Part shown: piece after piece, positions 62,549-64,000 of the stretch
Numbering within the stretch: position 1 is the first letter of the stretch
How the letters are laid out: every line of letters starts with the position of its first letter
From: Fistulifera solaris
Lineage: Eukaryota
Length of the DNA: 64,000 bases
Direction of reading: 5' to 3'
Assembly (NCBI GenBank): GCA_030295235.1
Contig: AP026144.1
Coordinates: 372,001 to 436,000 of the forward strand
Translations under genes and position numbers: made by a program
The notes under the pieces: generated by a model
Seen by the model: the letters and a program-made list of their open reading frames with translations, nothing else
Databases searched by the model: none
Told to the model about the DNA's origin: nothing

Positions 62549-63244
62549 ATGAGTGGTTTCCTTGCGAAAGCGAAGAATACAGCGATTATCGCCAAGATCA
62601 AGGGTGAAATCGCTCTCCTAGATCGTGAAGATAAGCAGCAGCGGCAAGCGTTTGGCGTGGAACTGTACGATCTCCTTGATTCGATGTATTCGAAAAGTGG
62701 TTGGGATAAAATGCCTCATTTCCTTGGCAAAGAGTCTCAGCAGATCAAACAAATTTTCGATGTTTGTCAGCTGGACATTCGACAACTTCTCGACAGCAAA
62801 GACGCTAAGGAACGAGAGGTGGAGCACTTGCAGATCGACCGCGAACGTGCGCTTCCACCTACAACGAACAAAGAAAAGCTTGCTCAGGCAGGAAAATGGA
62901 TGTCATCTCAAGGCAATGAAGCAAAATTGAAGGCTGAGTCTGCTTTACTTGACCACAAGATGAAAGCCAGGAAAGGTACTTTTGGCATTGATGTGTTTTC
63001 CTTGGTAACAGGGGATGCATCTGCTGAGTCGATTCTTGGAGAGGATTCTAGCGAATCATCGTCGAAAGGCGGTATATTAAGCGGTGTCAAAAGCGGAATT
63101 TCGAATCAAATCTCGAAATTGTCCGGAGATGAGAAGAAGATTCAGGACATCATCAAGAAGGCCAAGGCAGATGATGCTCTGATTCAACAGCGAAAAGAAC
63201 GTAAAAGACGCGAGATTGCTCGATTGCAGCAAGAAATCAGCTGA
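62549..63244 (+). CDS. Hypothetical helical protein with an internal duplication
   Basis: Intact 231-aa ORF. AKIKGEIALLDRE....QAFGVELYDLL is repeated as AKLKAESALLDHK....GTFGIDVFSLV. Confidence 0.75.
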   Translation: MSGFLAKAKNTAIIAKIKGEIALLDREDKQQRQAFGVELYDLLDSMYSKSGWDKMPHFLGKESQQIKQIFDVCQLDIRQLLDSKDAKEREVEHLQIDRERALPPTTNKEKLAQAGKWMSSQGNEAKLKAESALLDHKMKARKGTFGIDVFSLVTGDASAESILGEDSSESSSKGGILSGVKSGISNQISKLSGDEKKIQDIIKKAKADDALIQQRKERKRREIARLQQEIS

Positions 63245-64000
63245 TAGACGTGCGCAACCTATCAAGACAAAACATTAGTCGGTGTTCGAGGTCCACCAAC
63301 TATCGGGTCGGCGGGACCCGATAGAAAAGGCGGACAGTCATTAGGAATTCACCACATATCCTGTAGCCTCTAACTGTCAGTTTATTGTTTCGTCTCCTTT
63401 CTTCATAACTGGTCAAGCCTTAAGTACTTGGTCGTATTTGGCTCTTGTGATTGTGACCGTCTATTGAGTAATTTCGTCGTCGGCAATGAGTGTTGTCGCC
63501 ACTTTAATTGTCGCCGATGAGCCATCTAGACACTAACGGACGAGAAAATTCTTTTGTCGTATCTCTCTTGTCGCATTAACAAGTTTTCTTAAAAGCTTCA
63601 CAATTACTTGTCCTGTTCGAATGAGTGGAAAGGAACTAATTTGACGTCGGTCTATGCTCTTCGTTTAGGTCGAGACTGGAATCCGAGCATGGCTCAGTAC
63701 CAGTACGACTTCACCTTGGTTCCTATTAGGTCTTGCAGCGTGCGCGGATGCGTCCTCGCCATCTTCACGTTCTTTTGATCTCCCGTTTTCCTTCTCCACC
63801 TTCACGCGCTGGCTGTCAATCATTTCATTCAAGTTCCAGACCTTCTCATCATTGCGTGGATCAATCATTCACCTCAATATCTTCACAAGTCACAACAAGT
63901 TGCTAACAAGAGCACCTTGTCGCTCACGATGAACTCCAATGATGCGGAAGACAAGTTGCCGGAAGCAGGGAACTCCGCGTCAAAAATACATGCCGGTATG

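Noticed and set aside
63665..64000. Possible 3' end of a minus-strand gene at the window edge
   Set aside because: The frames are broken and no family is recognisable, so there is too little to call.

Overview
Gene-dense eukaryotic nuclear DNA, most likely a pennate diatom. This is inferred from short GT-AG introns, bipartite signal-peptide plus ASAF-type plastid presequences, and class C GPCR and type II LRR families typical of diatoms. About 24 protein-coding genes are present. Most long genes are broken by single-base indels, mainly in homopolymer runs, which looks like uncorrected long-read error rather than biology. Recognisable genes: FAR with an acyltransferase-like tail, plastid DEAD-box helicase, fibrillin, CCT2, ASC-1/Rqt4-like zinc finger, two tandem GPCRs with bacterial-type sugar-binding ectodomains, FAD monooxygenase, a repeat-rich surface protein, trypsin, plastid Mfd, STK19-like, MAPEG, RNase Z, mitochondrial carrier, Ulp1/SENP protease, LRR protein and a giant UBR4/BIG-like gene. 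The most interesting signals are: the sugar-binding-protein GPCR pair; an 85-bp non-coding element present twice 18 kb apart; a recurrent palindromic GACTG-N4/5-CAGTCAYGA intergenic element; a 34-bp hairpin minisatellite; a coiled-coil gene ending in a degenerate retrotransposon integrase segment; a FAR/pseudo-acyltransferase fusion; and a UBR4-like gene apparently lacking its C-terminal catalytic module. No CRISPR array, rRNA, tRNA or intact transposon was seen. All family calls come from motif recognition by eye, not from database searches.
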